A stretch of DNA of 63,462 nt, counting the filler, from Octopus bimaculoides (Eukaryota): the NCBI RefSeq assembly GCF_001194135.2. It is 11 parts of 10 records of this genome, joined end to end, with 100 filler letters (N's around TTAATTAATTAA, not from the genome) between each part and the next. Parts side by side here need not be neighbours in the genome. Positions count along the whole stretch, not along the records: positions 47,014 to 60,547 come from NC_068987.1; positions 60,648 to 62,128 come from NW_026342652.1; 9 more parts are not named here. One strand, written 5' to 3'. Made by a program: the position numbers and the translations under genes. Below the pieces are notes generated by a model, which did not search any database, was not told the origin of the DNA, and saw only the letters and a program-made list of their open reading frames with translations. Every line of letters begins with the position of its first letter. Within the stretch, counting starts at the first letter, position 1. This document shows, one piece after another, positions 48,801 to 61,900 of this stretch.

Positions 48801-50362
48801 GAAACATCTTTGCAGCTATCAGACGAACTTAATGGGGCTGCGCAAAGAGGAAATGGAGAAAGTCTTAGAGGACAAAGCGAGAGCCGAGGCTAGCAATGAC
48901 CAGTTAGGTCGAACGTAGAGCGAAAAACAGGAACACCGCCTTCGCCGGACACCGGTGACGTGCTAGGCAAGGGAAGCAAGCGAGGGTGGAAAGAGAGAGT
49001 AAGTGTGGGGATATACACACGCACAGACATACGTACATGCATACACACATACACACATACACACACACACATACACACACACAAACACGCAGATACACAC
49101 ATATATTCACACACATGCGCTTATATGCGCGCGCGCGTGTGTAATCTTTTCAATCTACGAAGAAATAGCTCAATTAGCCTTGTTTATATATCTACTATAT
49201 AGGTTACATATATTATATCATGCATTGATAGATAAACGGTTAATATCTACGCTATGCAAATTAGTAGATCCTGTTCTCTATACTTACTGGTACTAAAGAG
49301 TATATAAATAGATTTGCTGCAGCTTTCTAAAGGATTGGTAAAAATAATGTTCGCACTTCTAATGAGAACTCAAGGATCTGATAGTTTAATAAACAATTCC
49401 CGTGTGTGTGTGTGTGTGTGTGTGTATACACACACATTGTTTGTGTGCTTGTGCATGTGTATATGCACCCGATTGTGAGTTGTGTAACATGTATCCGCAA
49501 GTTTCTCAACCTGTTTCCTCGCAGATTATTGATCAGACAAATTTATAGTAAACACATTTCCAAAGTGCTACGTATTAAACTTGATCATGGAACCACCTGA
49601 TTCCGAAAGGAGTTTCTTAACTACAACACCAAAAATAAGCTTTTATAGATACATACTTATAAACACGCATATACATTGACGTATATGTGTGTTTGTGTGC
49701 ATGCAGTTGTTGCTCTATATGTATACGTTTGTTTATTTGGATATGTGCTGGCTGGATGTATGTATGGGATCGTGTATTTACGTAATACATACATATTTAT
49801 GAGTAATACATATAAAATATAATGATTTCCTATTAAGGCAAGGAGCCAAGCGCATATTAAGTATAAACTTGGAAGAAATTGTGAGAGGATATTAGAGAAA
49901 AGCAATGAGGCTTAAGCTAGTGAGTGAGAGAGAAAGTATGGTTAACAGAATATGAATACATATAGATATAGATGAGCTAGATATTTTGATAGAAAATTTG
50001 AAGTTAGAGGGGAAAATATATAGGAAGAATCAGAGCATAGCAGTAAAAAAGAGAAAGAGAGGGAGAGAGAGAGGAAGTTAAAGACGATATTTATATGTTG
50101 ACGGAATTAGATCACAGTGAAAATATAGGAAATTTACTTTATCACTATTTCTATAAAATATTGATACATGTGCTGCAATTTTTGTCGCTCTTGTGGTTGT
50201 TTAACCCTCGGTATCCTTCCCCAAACAGACCTACAATTAAAGATCTAGCACTGGCATTCACATTATATCTAACTTTTGACTCTTTAGCCACAGGTTAGCG
50301 CCAATCCAACAGACCTATGTTTAAAGTCCTCCCAAACATGCTCACTCTTTCATTATTTTAAG

Positions 50363-51796
50363 TATCCGGTCATCCCATAAGTTCTGTCCGATTTTACCTT
50401 TTTTAAAACTGAATGATATTTAATAGTATTTTAGAATGTCTAATGGAATTTAAAATTACTTTTATGCATTTGTGTACATTTAAACTAATTAAATATTATT
50501 TTACAGAATAATAGAATTAAAATTTCTTTGATTAAAACCCTTTTTAACATGGAAGTATCCAAAGAGCATTTGAGGCACATAATGCCTTATGAGTACAAAA
50601 AAGGAAACTCTGCAGCCGAAGCGACTCGAAACATACACTCAGTTTATGGGAAAGAATGCTTGAATGAAAGAACTTGCAGAAGATGGTTTGCAAAATTAAG
50701 AAGTGGCGATTTCAGCCTTGAAGATGAAGATCGAACAGGATGTCCAGTTAAGTTTGATGATAAGCTCCTTGAAGCATTACTTGAAGAAAATCCTGNNNNN
50801 NNNNNNNNNNNNNNNNNNNNNNNNNNNNNNNNNNNNNNNNNNNNNNNNNNNNNNNNNNNNNNNNNNNNNNNNNNNNNNNNNNNNNNNNNNNNNNNNNNNN
50901 NNNNNNNNNNNNNNNNNNNNNNNNNNNNNNNNNNNNNNNNNNNNNNNNNNNNNNNNNNNNNNNNNNNNNNNNNNNNNNNNNNNNNNNNNNNNNNNNNNNN
51001 NNNNNNNNNNNNNNNNNNNNNNNNNNNNNNNNNNNNNNNNNNNNNNNNNNNNNNNNNNNNNNNNNNNNNNNNNNNNNNNNNNNNNNNNNNNNNNNNNNNN
51101 NNNNNNNNNNNNNNNNNNNNNNNNNNNNNNNNNNNNNNNNNNNNNNNNNNNNNNNNNNNNNNNNNNNNNNNNNNNNNNNNNNNNNNNNNNNNNNNNNNNN
51201 NNNNNNNNNNNNNNNNNNNNNNNNNNNNNNNNNNNNNNNNNNNNNNNNNNNNNNNNNNNNNNNNNNNNNNNNNNNNNNNNNNNNNNNNNNNNNNNNNNNN
51301 NNNNNNNNNNNNNNNNNNNNNNNNNNNNNNNNNNNNNNNNNNNNNNNNNNNNNNNNNNNNNNNNNNNNNNNNNNNNNNNNNNNNNNNNNNNNNNNNNNNN
51401 NNNNNNNNNNNNNNNNNNNNNNNNNNNNNNNNNNNNNNNNNNNNNNNNNNNNNNNNNNNNNNNNNNNNNNNNNNNNNNNNNNNNNNNNNNNNNNNNNNNN
51501 NNNNNNNNNNNNNNNNNNNNNNNNNNNNNNNNNNNNNNNNNNNNNNNNNNNNNNNNNNNNNNNNNNNGGACATAACTTTCGCAAGCCAGGAGGAGGTCAA
51601 AACTGATATTTCAGAGTTCTTCGCTTTGAAACCGAAAGGGTTTTACATTGATGGGATTAAAAAGCTTGTAAATAGATGAAATGAAGTCATAGATAATCAG
51701 GAAAGTACATTGATGATTAAATTTCAATTAAATATAACATTTGATCACTTGTTTTCTTTATTCAAAATTCGGACAGAACTTATGGGTTGACCTAAT
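50363..51796 (+). mobile_element. mariner transposon with both TIRs; middle of transposase lost in a 773-N gap
   Basis: Left TIR TATCCGGTCATCCCATAAGTTCTGTCCGATTT, right TIR AAATTCGGACAGAACTTATGGGTTGACCTAAT. ORF from ATG 50549 MEVSKEHLRHIMPYEYKKGNSAAEATRNIHSVYG...RWFAKLRSGDFSLEDEDRTG; C-terminus TFASQEEVKTDISEFFALKPKGFYIDGIKKLVNR*. Confidence 0.93.
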
Positions 51797-52168
51797 CCAT
51801 AGGTCATATTAGCAATGATTGTCGCTTTTAAAGTAGTAGTGTGTGATACAATGGAGATTTAGCTGCCATTTCTAGAATATTGAACATCTACATACAGGCT
51901 ACCATTGGCGTCTCACATTCCACGATGTTTCATTCGTTGATTTTAATGAAGTTATGATATAACTTGACTATTTCTTGTAAGAGATCTTTCACTAAGTTAA
52001 ACGATGGTTTAAAGTTTCTGTTGACAGATCAAGAAAGTGTTGTTGGTTTTGAAGTTGTTATCGGTAAAGTTGTTTTTGTTTAAATCCGAAATAAACTTAA
52101 TAAATGAAGACAATAATCAAAACCATTTTAGCAATGACCATCCCGTGCGTTTTGCGGCGTATCGAATA

Positions 52169-53030
52169 TACAGGCTGCGATGAATAAATTGTCGTCATTT
52201 TATAGTTTTAATTTCGCGTAGTGCATTGCTTGTTTTTGAGTTTGTCGACTACGCAGTATAATAGGGCCAGTTAGGCACCGTCTGTGAGAAAAACAGCACC
52301 ATTTCGCAATTCACTCGGTGAGAAATTTGGATGCCATATGCTGTACTGCTTGGCACTCGCGCCGGAAGATCCAATATGAACAGAAACTGAATACACAAGA
52401 CAACCGTTGGCTTACCCTGTACCCAAAACATGCACTGAGAGTGATAAAAATCAAACATCCAGTCAACATCATGGTGTTTGGAGTGAACACTAGTAATGGC
52501 GACGTTATGCCTCCATTCATCTTTCTACACGGCCTCACACTCAACACGGAGTCCTACTTCAAGTGTCTGGAGGAGGTAGTGCTGCCGTGGGTCAAGAGGG
52601 CGGCTGCTGGAAGACTCTGTGTCTGGCAACAGGACTCTGCACCATACCATAGAAGCTGGAGAACTCACTCATGGCTGTCAGATAATTTCTGCGACTATAT
52701 CATCTCTAACATCTGGTCACCTATCTCCCCAGACTGCAACCCCGTTGATTATTATGCGTGGGTGCAGTTGAGCGAGAGACCAAGAAAACTCCTTGTAACA
52801 CCAAAGATGAACTGAAGACAAGGATTATGGCAGCATTCAGTAACTTAAACAAGGAGACCGCCCAGAAAAGTTGCAGAAAATTACGAAGTCATCTGGAGGC
52901 CGTGGTTGAAGCCAGTGGTGATATTATTGAATAAATTTACTATTTCAGATATTTTTATGCAATTTTGGTAAATATATCTGTTAAAATGAGATGTCAGTGT
53001 TATTTTCAGTTTTGTGTAAGTTCGACGACA
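52169..53030 (+). mobile_element. DD37D (maT/mori-type) Tc1/mariner element, internally deleted
   Basis: TA|CAGGCTGCGATGAATAAATTGTCGTC left end. KHPVNIMVFG...VMPPFIF...WQQDSAPYH...WSPISPDCNPVDYY has exactly 37 residues between the second and third catalytic Asp. Confidence 0.88.
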
Positions 53031-54369
53031 CGAATGTGTTGTTTCCTTATTCAGACGGTAAGTTATTGGTAATTAGAGAAAATTTTGGTGGCTATTTCTA
53101 GCTCGTCGAGCTAGTTAATATATTGTACTGAGTTACCAGTATCTGGTGATATTGATAGTGGTTATGATGGTGGTGGTGGTGGTGGTGGTAGTTGTAGTGA
53201 TGATGGTGTTGGCTGTGGTAATGGTAGTATTGGTGGTGTAGGTATATAAATTTTTCTGAGATGCCCAGAGTAGTGCTAGTAAATTTGACACTTTGAGGTT
53301 TTTCTCTAATAATTGGCGTTATTGTAGTACATTTCGAGCAGGCATTCCAGCCCTGAATAATTCATCCCTATGGCATGTATCTAGGACTATATTAACTATT
53401 GTTCTTTCATCCCTTCATGAAGACAAGAGAGTATGATTTCATGGAGGTTTCGCAGCTATTTCTACTGGTGTCAGAGACCTTGTAATGTATTTCTTCATTG
53501 GTTGATATTACTACTCCCTGCAGTATGTATGACCTTACAACCAGTAAGTATTTTAATATTTGGGGCTGCTGTTGTTAAAATGCAAATCATTCCAATATGA
53601 AAAGAAGTAAGAGAAATGTCGCTCCGGATGTTGATCACATACATCTGTTCATACACGGCTGGTGAATAAAGTCATTAACTTTAACTACGCGTTTGATGGA
53701 GTTTTGTTTTCTTAGATAACACATGAAACCGATTCTGGCACAAAAATAAAAGCCACACATTGAGCCCAAACAATTTATGCTCATATTTGACATACCGGGT
53801 GACTAAGCTTTGTTGAACTCATGTTTGGAATCATTTGACTGAATGCATCTCCCTAGCGAAGATTGTGTACCTTTGTCGATGAGGGTACCCTTTAAGGGTT
53901 TATTCCGATTAAGCCAGCTCCAAGACCTACATCATTAGTCATAGCCGTCTAATTTACATTTAGGCCACACCTGTAGCACTTTTACGAGCCACTAACGGTT
54001 TCTTTCCTAAAGAGAGCATATTATTTGCGAGTATATTGTCTGTGCAGGTGACATGACGGGTCCACCGAATTTAATTCACTTGCCATAACGTATACATCAG
54101 GGAGGCGATGGTTACTAAGACGTGTACTTTCAGCTCTAAGAATTTTTTAATTTATTTTTTTGGCCTTCAAACCTGCAGAAATATATCTAAAATTCATTCA
54201 GCTGTCTGTCGTGTCTTATTGTACGCAGTCCTTTCCTTTCAGCTATGGAGGAGCACAGCGAATACGACTGGTTGCTAAACTTTCGGCCTCATAGTAATGG
54301 TGGTACCTATTAACTATCAAATGATGAAGTGTAGTCATTTGAAATTGAGCTTGCTTTGACTAACCTAAA

Positions 54370-56392
54370 GAAAATTCACCACGAAAGTGGATTGTCTAAG
54401 ACATGAGTGTTAATGCAGATAACCTTGTCTACAGCCCGAAGACACGTGTCTTTGTCCATATTTTTTTCTCCCTCTGAGCAATGCTGACCACCTCGATTTC
54501 CGAGGTGTCTGTCATTATTACGGTGACGTCGTCTGCGTAAGCCGACACGAACCTTCAGCATATTAGATCACTCGGGATGCCCCTCGAAACCTCCAGCTTC
54601 AGCAGTATGAGCTGACAACCTGTAAGTACAGAAGAGGTGAGAGTGGGCATTCTTGGAGGACCGAACGGGTGATGCTAAATGATTCCGATAGGTGGCTATT
54701 TACTTTGACCACTGAACACATGTCACTGTACATCGCAGCGATCCAGCTTCTGAAAACGGGACCGAAACCCCACTGTCGTGAGAACAGCCTCCGTGTATTG
54801 GTGGCCGACCCTATCAAAAGCTTTCTACTGACCTAAATAATGTACCGCGTGAGGTGTAGGTTGTCATGGATAGTTCTGTATGGGATAGCGCATGTCTGCG
54901 CGTCAACAACCAACCAACTTATCGACGATAAGCGCTAACCTCTTGGCTAACACCTTGGCCAAAATCTTATAATTTGTATTCAACAGAGATATTGACCTGA
55001 AATAATCAATTTTGTTCGGTTTCTTTTCTCAACAGCACCACCACTCCACGGCTCACAGCATTGAGAATTCTCCCGTTCTGCTGCCAGTTGTGGTAGACGT
55101 CTGCTAAGAGACCACTGAACAAGTCTGGCATGTGAAAATAAAGCCCGAAGGGCAGACCATCCCACACCAGAGACTTCCGTTTTCCCCGTTGTATGGGGTG
55201 CACGTGCCTTTGTTGATGTTGGGGGTGAGGCTGCAATTCTATTCAAAAGTCTCTGTTGTTGGGGGTGCGCTGTAGGCTGCAGTTGTGTCGGTGCATCTCC
55301 CGAATTTTGGATTCACTTGTGTCACATCTGGGCTTCCTGCCTTCCATGATGACACGAAGTTCCACCTCATTGAATAAATCAATCAGGTCCAGGATCTTTT
55401 CGATGTTGCTGGTTTCACATGGGTTAATATTTCCAAGTTGATCCCACAGTTTTCTCTGCTGCTCCTTTTCTCCTACAGAAGTAACTCTGGATCTTGGACA
55501 ACACAAGCAACAATCCAAAAGACGTTTACGCCCGGTGGTACGGCATTCACTGATTCTCATTGTTCTCTTTAAGAGGTAGGTGGGACAGAGGTACCAGTCC
55601 TCGGTCCACAAGACTAACACTACGTGCCTTTGCATGAGGTCCTCGCTTTCAAAGAGGACCTCAATGCTGGCTAACTGCCTCCCTCTCTGTATATGAGCCA
55701 CATCTATTAGATGGTCTCTGAGGGCCTTCTCAACATGACTAATGGACCCTATTTCAGCTCTCCGTTTTTTTCCTTGATACGCATTTGAAATAAATGGTCT
55801 TCATCTCTTTTGCCTCTATTATTTCGGCGGGTACCTAGTACTTGCTACCCTCAAGTTGGATGATATATTTTGCTTTTGTGACTTCACGCGCTTTGTCATC
55901 CAACGGCATTGCATATATTTCTCTTTTTATGTTTGTTACATCAGCAAACCTTTTATTTTTGTTATTACTTTTGTTTTCATCGTCGTTGCTGTTGCTGTTG
56001 TTGTTGTTGTGGTCGTTACTAACTGCTGTTGTAACTGTTGGTGGTAATGGTGATGGAGTTGTGGGCACTTCCACCGTTTCCACTCTCCACACTGCCGTCA
56101 CCGCCTTCAATTGCGTGACTGTTGCTAACACTACTACTACTACTACTGACGCCGCTGCTGTCACCGCCGACGCCACTGTTATCATTGCCGTCACACTTAT
56201 TGCCAATGCTTTCACTGCTGCTACTACTACGGGGTGGACTTTGAACCCCCCCCCCCCACACCTCTCATATAATATTGTCAGTAACGGAGAGAAGAGGAGG
56301 GAAAACTTCAGCATTCAAAACATTTTTTGTTTGTTTTTTCAGGAGGGGCAGTTTCTTTCTTCAACTCTTTCAAGATGCGCTCCGCCATCTTG
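54370..56392 (-). mobile_element. Tx1/L1-clade LINE remnant (RT, linker and probable degraded 5' part)
   Basis: Minus strand: KILAKVLAKRLALIVDKLV, QKAFDRVGHQY, GFGPVFRSWIAAMYSD..SVVKVNSHLSESFSITRSVLQECPLSPLLY, VSAYADDVTV. The extension to 56392 is inferred. Confidence 0.82.
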
Positions 56393-56649
56393 TTGAATTG
56401 TAAGTGATTACAAACCCGACGACCTTATTTGGTGAGCCGAATATGACCCTGTGAGAGGCTACGCAAATACAGGAAAACCAGTGGCTAGTTCCTGGAGTTT
56501 CTATTAACAAGTGGGAACAAATGTACAATGAAACAGCGTCGCTAACTGGTATAAACAATGTTTTTTTTTTAAAATAAACTCACCCAGAGCGTTCGAAGAC
56601 ACGTCCGATGCCGTCAACAACAATAATGATAATAATTCTTTCTACTATA

Positions 56650-56850
56650 GGTACAATGCCTGAAATTTGTGGGGAAGGGGCTAGTCGATTGCATCGATCA
56701 ATGTGTTTAACTGATACTTAAATTATCGAACCCGAAAGGATGAAAGACAAATTCGACCCCGGCGGAATTTGAACTTAAAAACGTAACAGCGGACGAAATA
56801 CCACTAAGGATTTCGTCCAGTGTGTTAACGATTCTGCCAGCTCGCCACCA
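56650..56850 (-). mobile_element. Family B (Nin-domain) SINE
   Basis: ATCGAACCCGAAAGGATGAAAGACAAATTCGACCCGGCGGAATTTGAACT...AACGATTCTGCCAGCTCGCC. Confidence 0.78.
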
Positions 56851-57133
56851 TCATTATAATAGTAATAATCTTGTTGCAAGTATTGATGTATATCGTTGTT
56901 ATTTTTGCTTCACTTTTGTCGGTATCGTCACTCTCGGTGTTGTTGTTGTTGTTGTTGTTGTTATTGTAGGTGGTGGTGGTGTCGCTACTGCTGCTGCTGG
57001 TGTTAGCGGTGGTGTACAATGGTGGTAATAGAATGCTGCTGCTGACTGATTTTATAACGGCATCTATTTTCTCTTTTGTTATTGCACTCGTGTATTAATA
57101 CTGGAAATGCTAACCGGTACAGAATTATAAAGA

Positions 57134-57231
<98 letters not shown>

Positions 57232-59853
57232 TGTTGTGATAGTAGTTGTTGTTATTGTACCGCTGCAGCAACAGGAACAGCAGCAGTCGTAATGCGTTGA
57301 TGTTGGGTATAGCGTCGATAGTGATGGTAGCTGTGGCAGTTGTGGTATTGATGATGACACTACTACTGCTACTACTACTACTACTACTACTACTACCACT
57401 AATACTAGTGGTGCCGGTGCCAGTGCTGGTGGTGCTGGTGCTGGTAGTGATTGAAGCTGCGCGGTGTCAGTGGAAACAGCGGTAATGGTTATGGTGTGGG
57501 ATATATCGGCGTCGTGCGTGGTAGCGCGTACATGTTAATTTGGAATTATATCTATATATATAAAGATATATTAAAAAAACACGTTAATCAAAATTAATAA
57601 TAAATATAATAAATATTGAAAAAGAAAAAAGAACAAAATTTGTAGGCCGCCTTTTGCAGGATAATCAATGAAATGTTATGAGAATGAAAATATGTTTCGT
57701 AATTCGATTACCGAATAATTTTATGTGGCTTCATTTGATCAATCGGTTGGAGGGCAGTTCTTGTATGAGCGTTAATGAAGTGAGTTTATCGATCAGCAAT
57801 GTAACTGGTCGACTGTAACCTATACTGAACTGACTAGTATAGTTGATCTTATTGTGCATTGCGCTGATTGTTTTACATACATTATTATATATTTAAAAGG
57901 TTTTTATTATGGGATCGTATTACTGATAGTAAGAAACTCTGAATTGAGATTACTTGCGTTCTAAAACATTAACTTCTCGTGTCCTTAACACTCTCATTTC
58001 CATTTTCAGCTAATGGTTTAAGGCACGAAAGTGATGTATCATGCTTAGTACCGCACCCTGTTTTACAATATGCTGTTCTTCTACATCACCAAGTTATATG
58101 AGGAAAGAGTAGTCATGGCTGTTAATATCGAATACCTCAATCGGTCGAGTTTGACCATATAATTCGCACATGACATTCCCTATTCAGGCGCAATACTGGA
58201 TACCGATTATTTCATGGAAGAGCAGCAGTTGTCCATGCAGTAAGACTCCCCACATAGTTGTTCAAGAGAAAGACAAAGTCTGATGCAGCTTGGCACTAGG
58301 CGAACTTCAAAAAGTAAAGAACCATTAGTAACATTGCAATGTATTTTGTCCAACGCTTAACTGATTCCGTCAAAACTGCGCTCTGGTCCGGTATTGTATC
58401 TTATCGACCTTGATGGGATTAAATACAAAGATTGCTTCATTATATATTAGAGTAAATCACGATTCGGAAAATGATTTTGCTTGACTGCTTAGAAGCAAAT
58501 ACTTCAGGAATCAACAAACACTGTAATGAAGATCGAATCACTGCTTCATTCTAAGTCACATCTAGATACCCTGGCTCTGATCCTGCCTCGTGTTAGCGGG
58601 TGCTGAGACCTGACTGGATGCAGGAAGTTTGGTACAATACCATATAACTGAATTAAGGCGTACATCGAAATTTTATTCTTGTCTTTCAATGTCCCAAATA
58701 AAAGGTTGTGGAATGAATCAATAATGCAGCGTAAAGTTTGCTCTGGCCATAGCTTATTTTTCTCTAAGCTTCGGTGAAATTGGTCACTCTACTCTCTTAC
58801 TGCTTGGTCGCATCTTAAGCGAGCGTGACAGTGAACATCAATGGAGTTTCTAGATCTGCTAAAAATAACAGCTAAATCTCCCTTATGTTACTATCCACCG
58901 CATTGAAATGAGATGTATTTAAGAGTACAGGAATAATTGTTGCTGGAATATATTTGATTAAATTCTGTCGATTGCGTTCCAGTTTTCCTTACACACAAGG
59001 AAAAGAGGGAACGGTCATGGCTGGAATGCCATAGATCATAGACCTTCTGTATCAGGGCTGACCTAGAATTAAATGAAAGTTACTGAATAATCATATTAGG
59101 TATCAGATTAGAAGAAGAATGGTCAAGATAATGATTTAACATTTTTTATAACTTCTACTTTGTTCGAAACATTACATTCTTTCTTTTTTTTTCCTTTTTT
59201 CATATCTGTAATCTACTATTTCTATATTTTTCTATATTTAAGTATCTTTTACTATATAACAGTAACAAAGTGTATATTACTCATAGATGTTTATTACTCA
59301 AAGATGTATGTTACTCAGAGATGCACGTTCCTGTTCGTCGAACACTTTTGGTTCAGAATCTGTCCGACGAACGGTAACGGGAAACTCTGAATAACAACTT
59401 TTGTGATGTATTTGCAGCTTTATTCATAAAGCATATTACGCTACCTCCCAAATTCGAGTACTATTTCTTTCCAACTTGCTTCACATTTATATGCTTACTC
59501 TGATATATATAGCTATATATATAATCTTTTGTAACTCTGTATGTTCCCAATGCATCATCAAGCGGCTTGACCAAATCAAATTAAATTTTACATGGTAATA
59601 CTATCAGACCGCAGGAGTGTCAAGCTGTAATTTATTGGATTAAAACAATGCAACATTGGCACAGGTTACGTATTACGTCTCAAAATTCTTAGACTAAAAG
59701 TGAAACCTTCAAAAAAGAGACAGTTGTAAATAGTTTCACATTTATATTGCTTCACGTTTAATAGTTTCACTATATATATATGGTCCCTTAATAAAGTTAG
59801 TATATATANNNNNNNNNNNNNNNNNNNNNNNNNNNNNNNNNNNNNNNNNNNNN

Positions 59854-59894
<41 letters not shown>

Positions 59895-59969
59895 TGTGTG
59901 TGTGTGTGTGTGTGTGTGTGTCTGTGTGTGTGTGTCTGTGTGTGTGTGTGTATGTATATATATATATTA

Positions 59970-60270
59970 TGATTTGAGGCCGACGACAATTTTGTGAGTG
60001 GATTTCGTATACGGGAACTAAAAGAAGACTGTCGTACATATATGTATAATTGTGTGTGTGTGCACGCGTGTGTTTCTGTATTTGTACCCACCACCATCAC
60101 TTGACAACCGATGTTGCTGTGTTAACGTCTCCGTAAATCAGTGGTTCGGCAAAAGTCAGTGATAGAATAAGTACTAGGCTTACAAAGAATAACCCCTGAG
60201 AACGATCTGCTCAACTAAAGGCGGTGGTCCAGCATGGCCGCAAACAAATGACTTAAACAAGTAAAACAAT
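59970..60270 (+). mobile_element. Family A SINE, 5'-truncated
   Basis: TTGTGAGTGGATTT...GAAACTAAAAGAAG...GACAACCGATGTT...GATAGAATAAGTACTAGGCTTACAAAGAATAA...CAGCATGGCCGCA. Confidence 0.78.
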
Positions 60271-60284
60271 AAATCATTATGCCA

Positions 60285-60318
60285 TTTTAATTCAGAGCAA
60301 AGCCGGGTGTCTTTGATA

Positions 60319-60325
<7 letters not shown>
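60285..60325 (-). mobile_element. Putative Helitron-like terminus at (TA)n
   Basis: Reverse complement (TA)n-CTATCAAAGACACCCGGCTTTGCTCTG, related to 19541. Confidence 0.4.
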
Positions 60326-60354
<29 letters not shown>

Positions 60355-60361
<7 letters not shown>

Positions 60362-60547
60362 AGTAAAAATAAATACAAAAAAGGTGGATTTTTTGTACGA
60401 TTGTGTATAGAGGAATATATTATTTTGTTTAAAAAAGTTCCAACACTGTCTGTTTTTTATGTTTTATTTATATTCCTGCAGAACCAATGTGGGGTATAGA
60501 ATATGGAATATACAATATATAATATAATATACAATATATAATATAAA
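60355..60547. repeat. Young repeat copy, inverted partner of 38691-38875 (runs into gap)
   Basis: See 38691-38875. Confidence 0.92.
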
Positions 60548-61199
60548 NNNNNNNNNNNNNNNNNNNNNNNNNNNNNNNNNNNNNNNNNNNNTTAATTAAT
60601 TAANNNNNNNNNNNNNNNNNNNNNNNNNNNNNNNNNNNNNNNNNNNNATTTCTGCTTCAGCAACTCAGCATTGAATCTGTCTGAAATGTGATGGAAATTA
60701 GGTTAGTTTCCCAATATCGCTGTCCAGGTGACAAAAGCATAGTTTTCATTTGCCTTGATTTCTAGATACAAGCAAACAGAAAATAACACTTACTGACCAA
60801 AGACAAATAAATAAATTAATTAAAAAAACATAATTTTCTTGCAGTGTTGTTTTCTCAAGTATATCTTTTAAAATATTTAACTTCTGTCTCGTAACCCGGA
60901 CTCCTCTCAAAACAATTAGCCATTAAACATACCTATTAGTCTAATTTATTCACATCTCTTCTTCCTGGTTCTTTTGATCTCTATTAAGCAGCTTAGTTAT
61001 GTAAGGCTTCTTGCTAAGAAAATAGAATTCAGAAATTAACTGAACATTTTTTAACTGAAGAAACGTAGTTTCTGTACAATAATTATGTTCTTGCAGTCTC
61101 ATATATAATCTGGTTGCAGTTTGTTTGAAGTCTAATAATAGACACACAGAAAGAAAGATTAAGCTGTCGAAATAGCCTAAAGTTTGTATTTATATTTCG

Positions 61200-61375
61200 T
61201 CTTTTACTAGTTTCGGTCATTGGACTGCAGCCATGCTGGGGCACTGCTTTGAAGGTTTTACTCGAATAAACGAACCACAGTACTGATTTTAAAACCTGGT
61301 ACTTTTTACATCGGTTTCTTTTTGCCGAACCGCTGGTTTTCGGAGACGTGAACAGACTGTAGTGGAAGACAAATA
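61200..61375 (-). mobile_element. Family A SINE 3' half
   Basis: GTTTCGGTCATTGGACTGCAGCCATGCTGGGGCAC...TCGGTTTCTTTTTGCCGAACCGCT. Confidence 0.7.
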
Positions 61376-61479
61376 CAAACATACAACTCACATAGATACA
61401 CTCACCCATCTATGATCCTCCCAAAATATCATGCTTTAACATTTTTATCTTTAATTACTGTTTCTTCCTGCATTTAATA

Positions 61480-61900
61480 GTTGCAGTGCGTAACTATTGG
61501 AAAGCTATTCTCAAAGTTTCCGTTGATGAGTTGTGAGGGCAGCTTATTTTTTTACTGTGTACATATTCTTCCCCTGCCCAGGTGTTTACTAGTCGCTAAT
61601 TATGATAAAATAAAATGGACTCACTTACCATACAATGTTATCTCCACATTGAAGCCAATGGATCGAAATATAATTGCAGCCAACGAAAATATTTGGACGG
61701 AAGATTCGTGTTGATAGAAGAGAATGAACTTATCGAAGACCGACGAAGACAAGGAACTCTCGGTAACATCAAGAGATACAACCATAAGTCTTCAATAATT
61801 AATGTAGCACTTTCATGGAAGGCGCTAAAGACTACCATGGCAGCTAATCCTTGGAAAAATACGGCTGTAGAGGTATAATATGATGTTGAAGGATTCGAAG
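61480..61900 (+). mobile_element. Tigger/pogo (DDE_1) transposase remnant
   Basis: DKIKWTHLPYNVISTLKPMDRNIIAA resembles GKIKCMFLPPNTTSLIQPMDQGIIA. YNHKSSIINVALSWKALKTTMAANPWKN resembles YNIKDAI.NVA.AW..V...T....WKK. Confidence 0.65.

Noticed and set aside
50129-50200. ag|GAAATTTACTTTATCACTAT = G-NLLYHY, in the phase expected for the next CARNMT1 exon (GPLLYHF)
   Set aside because: There is no polypyrimidine tract, the conserved Pro is missing, and the downstream sequence has no IELSY/EDI-like similarity. Treated as chance.
53700-54150. Possible RTE RT remnant (GLFRLSQLQ, ILFAS)
   Set aside because: Too degenerate to support without an alignment.
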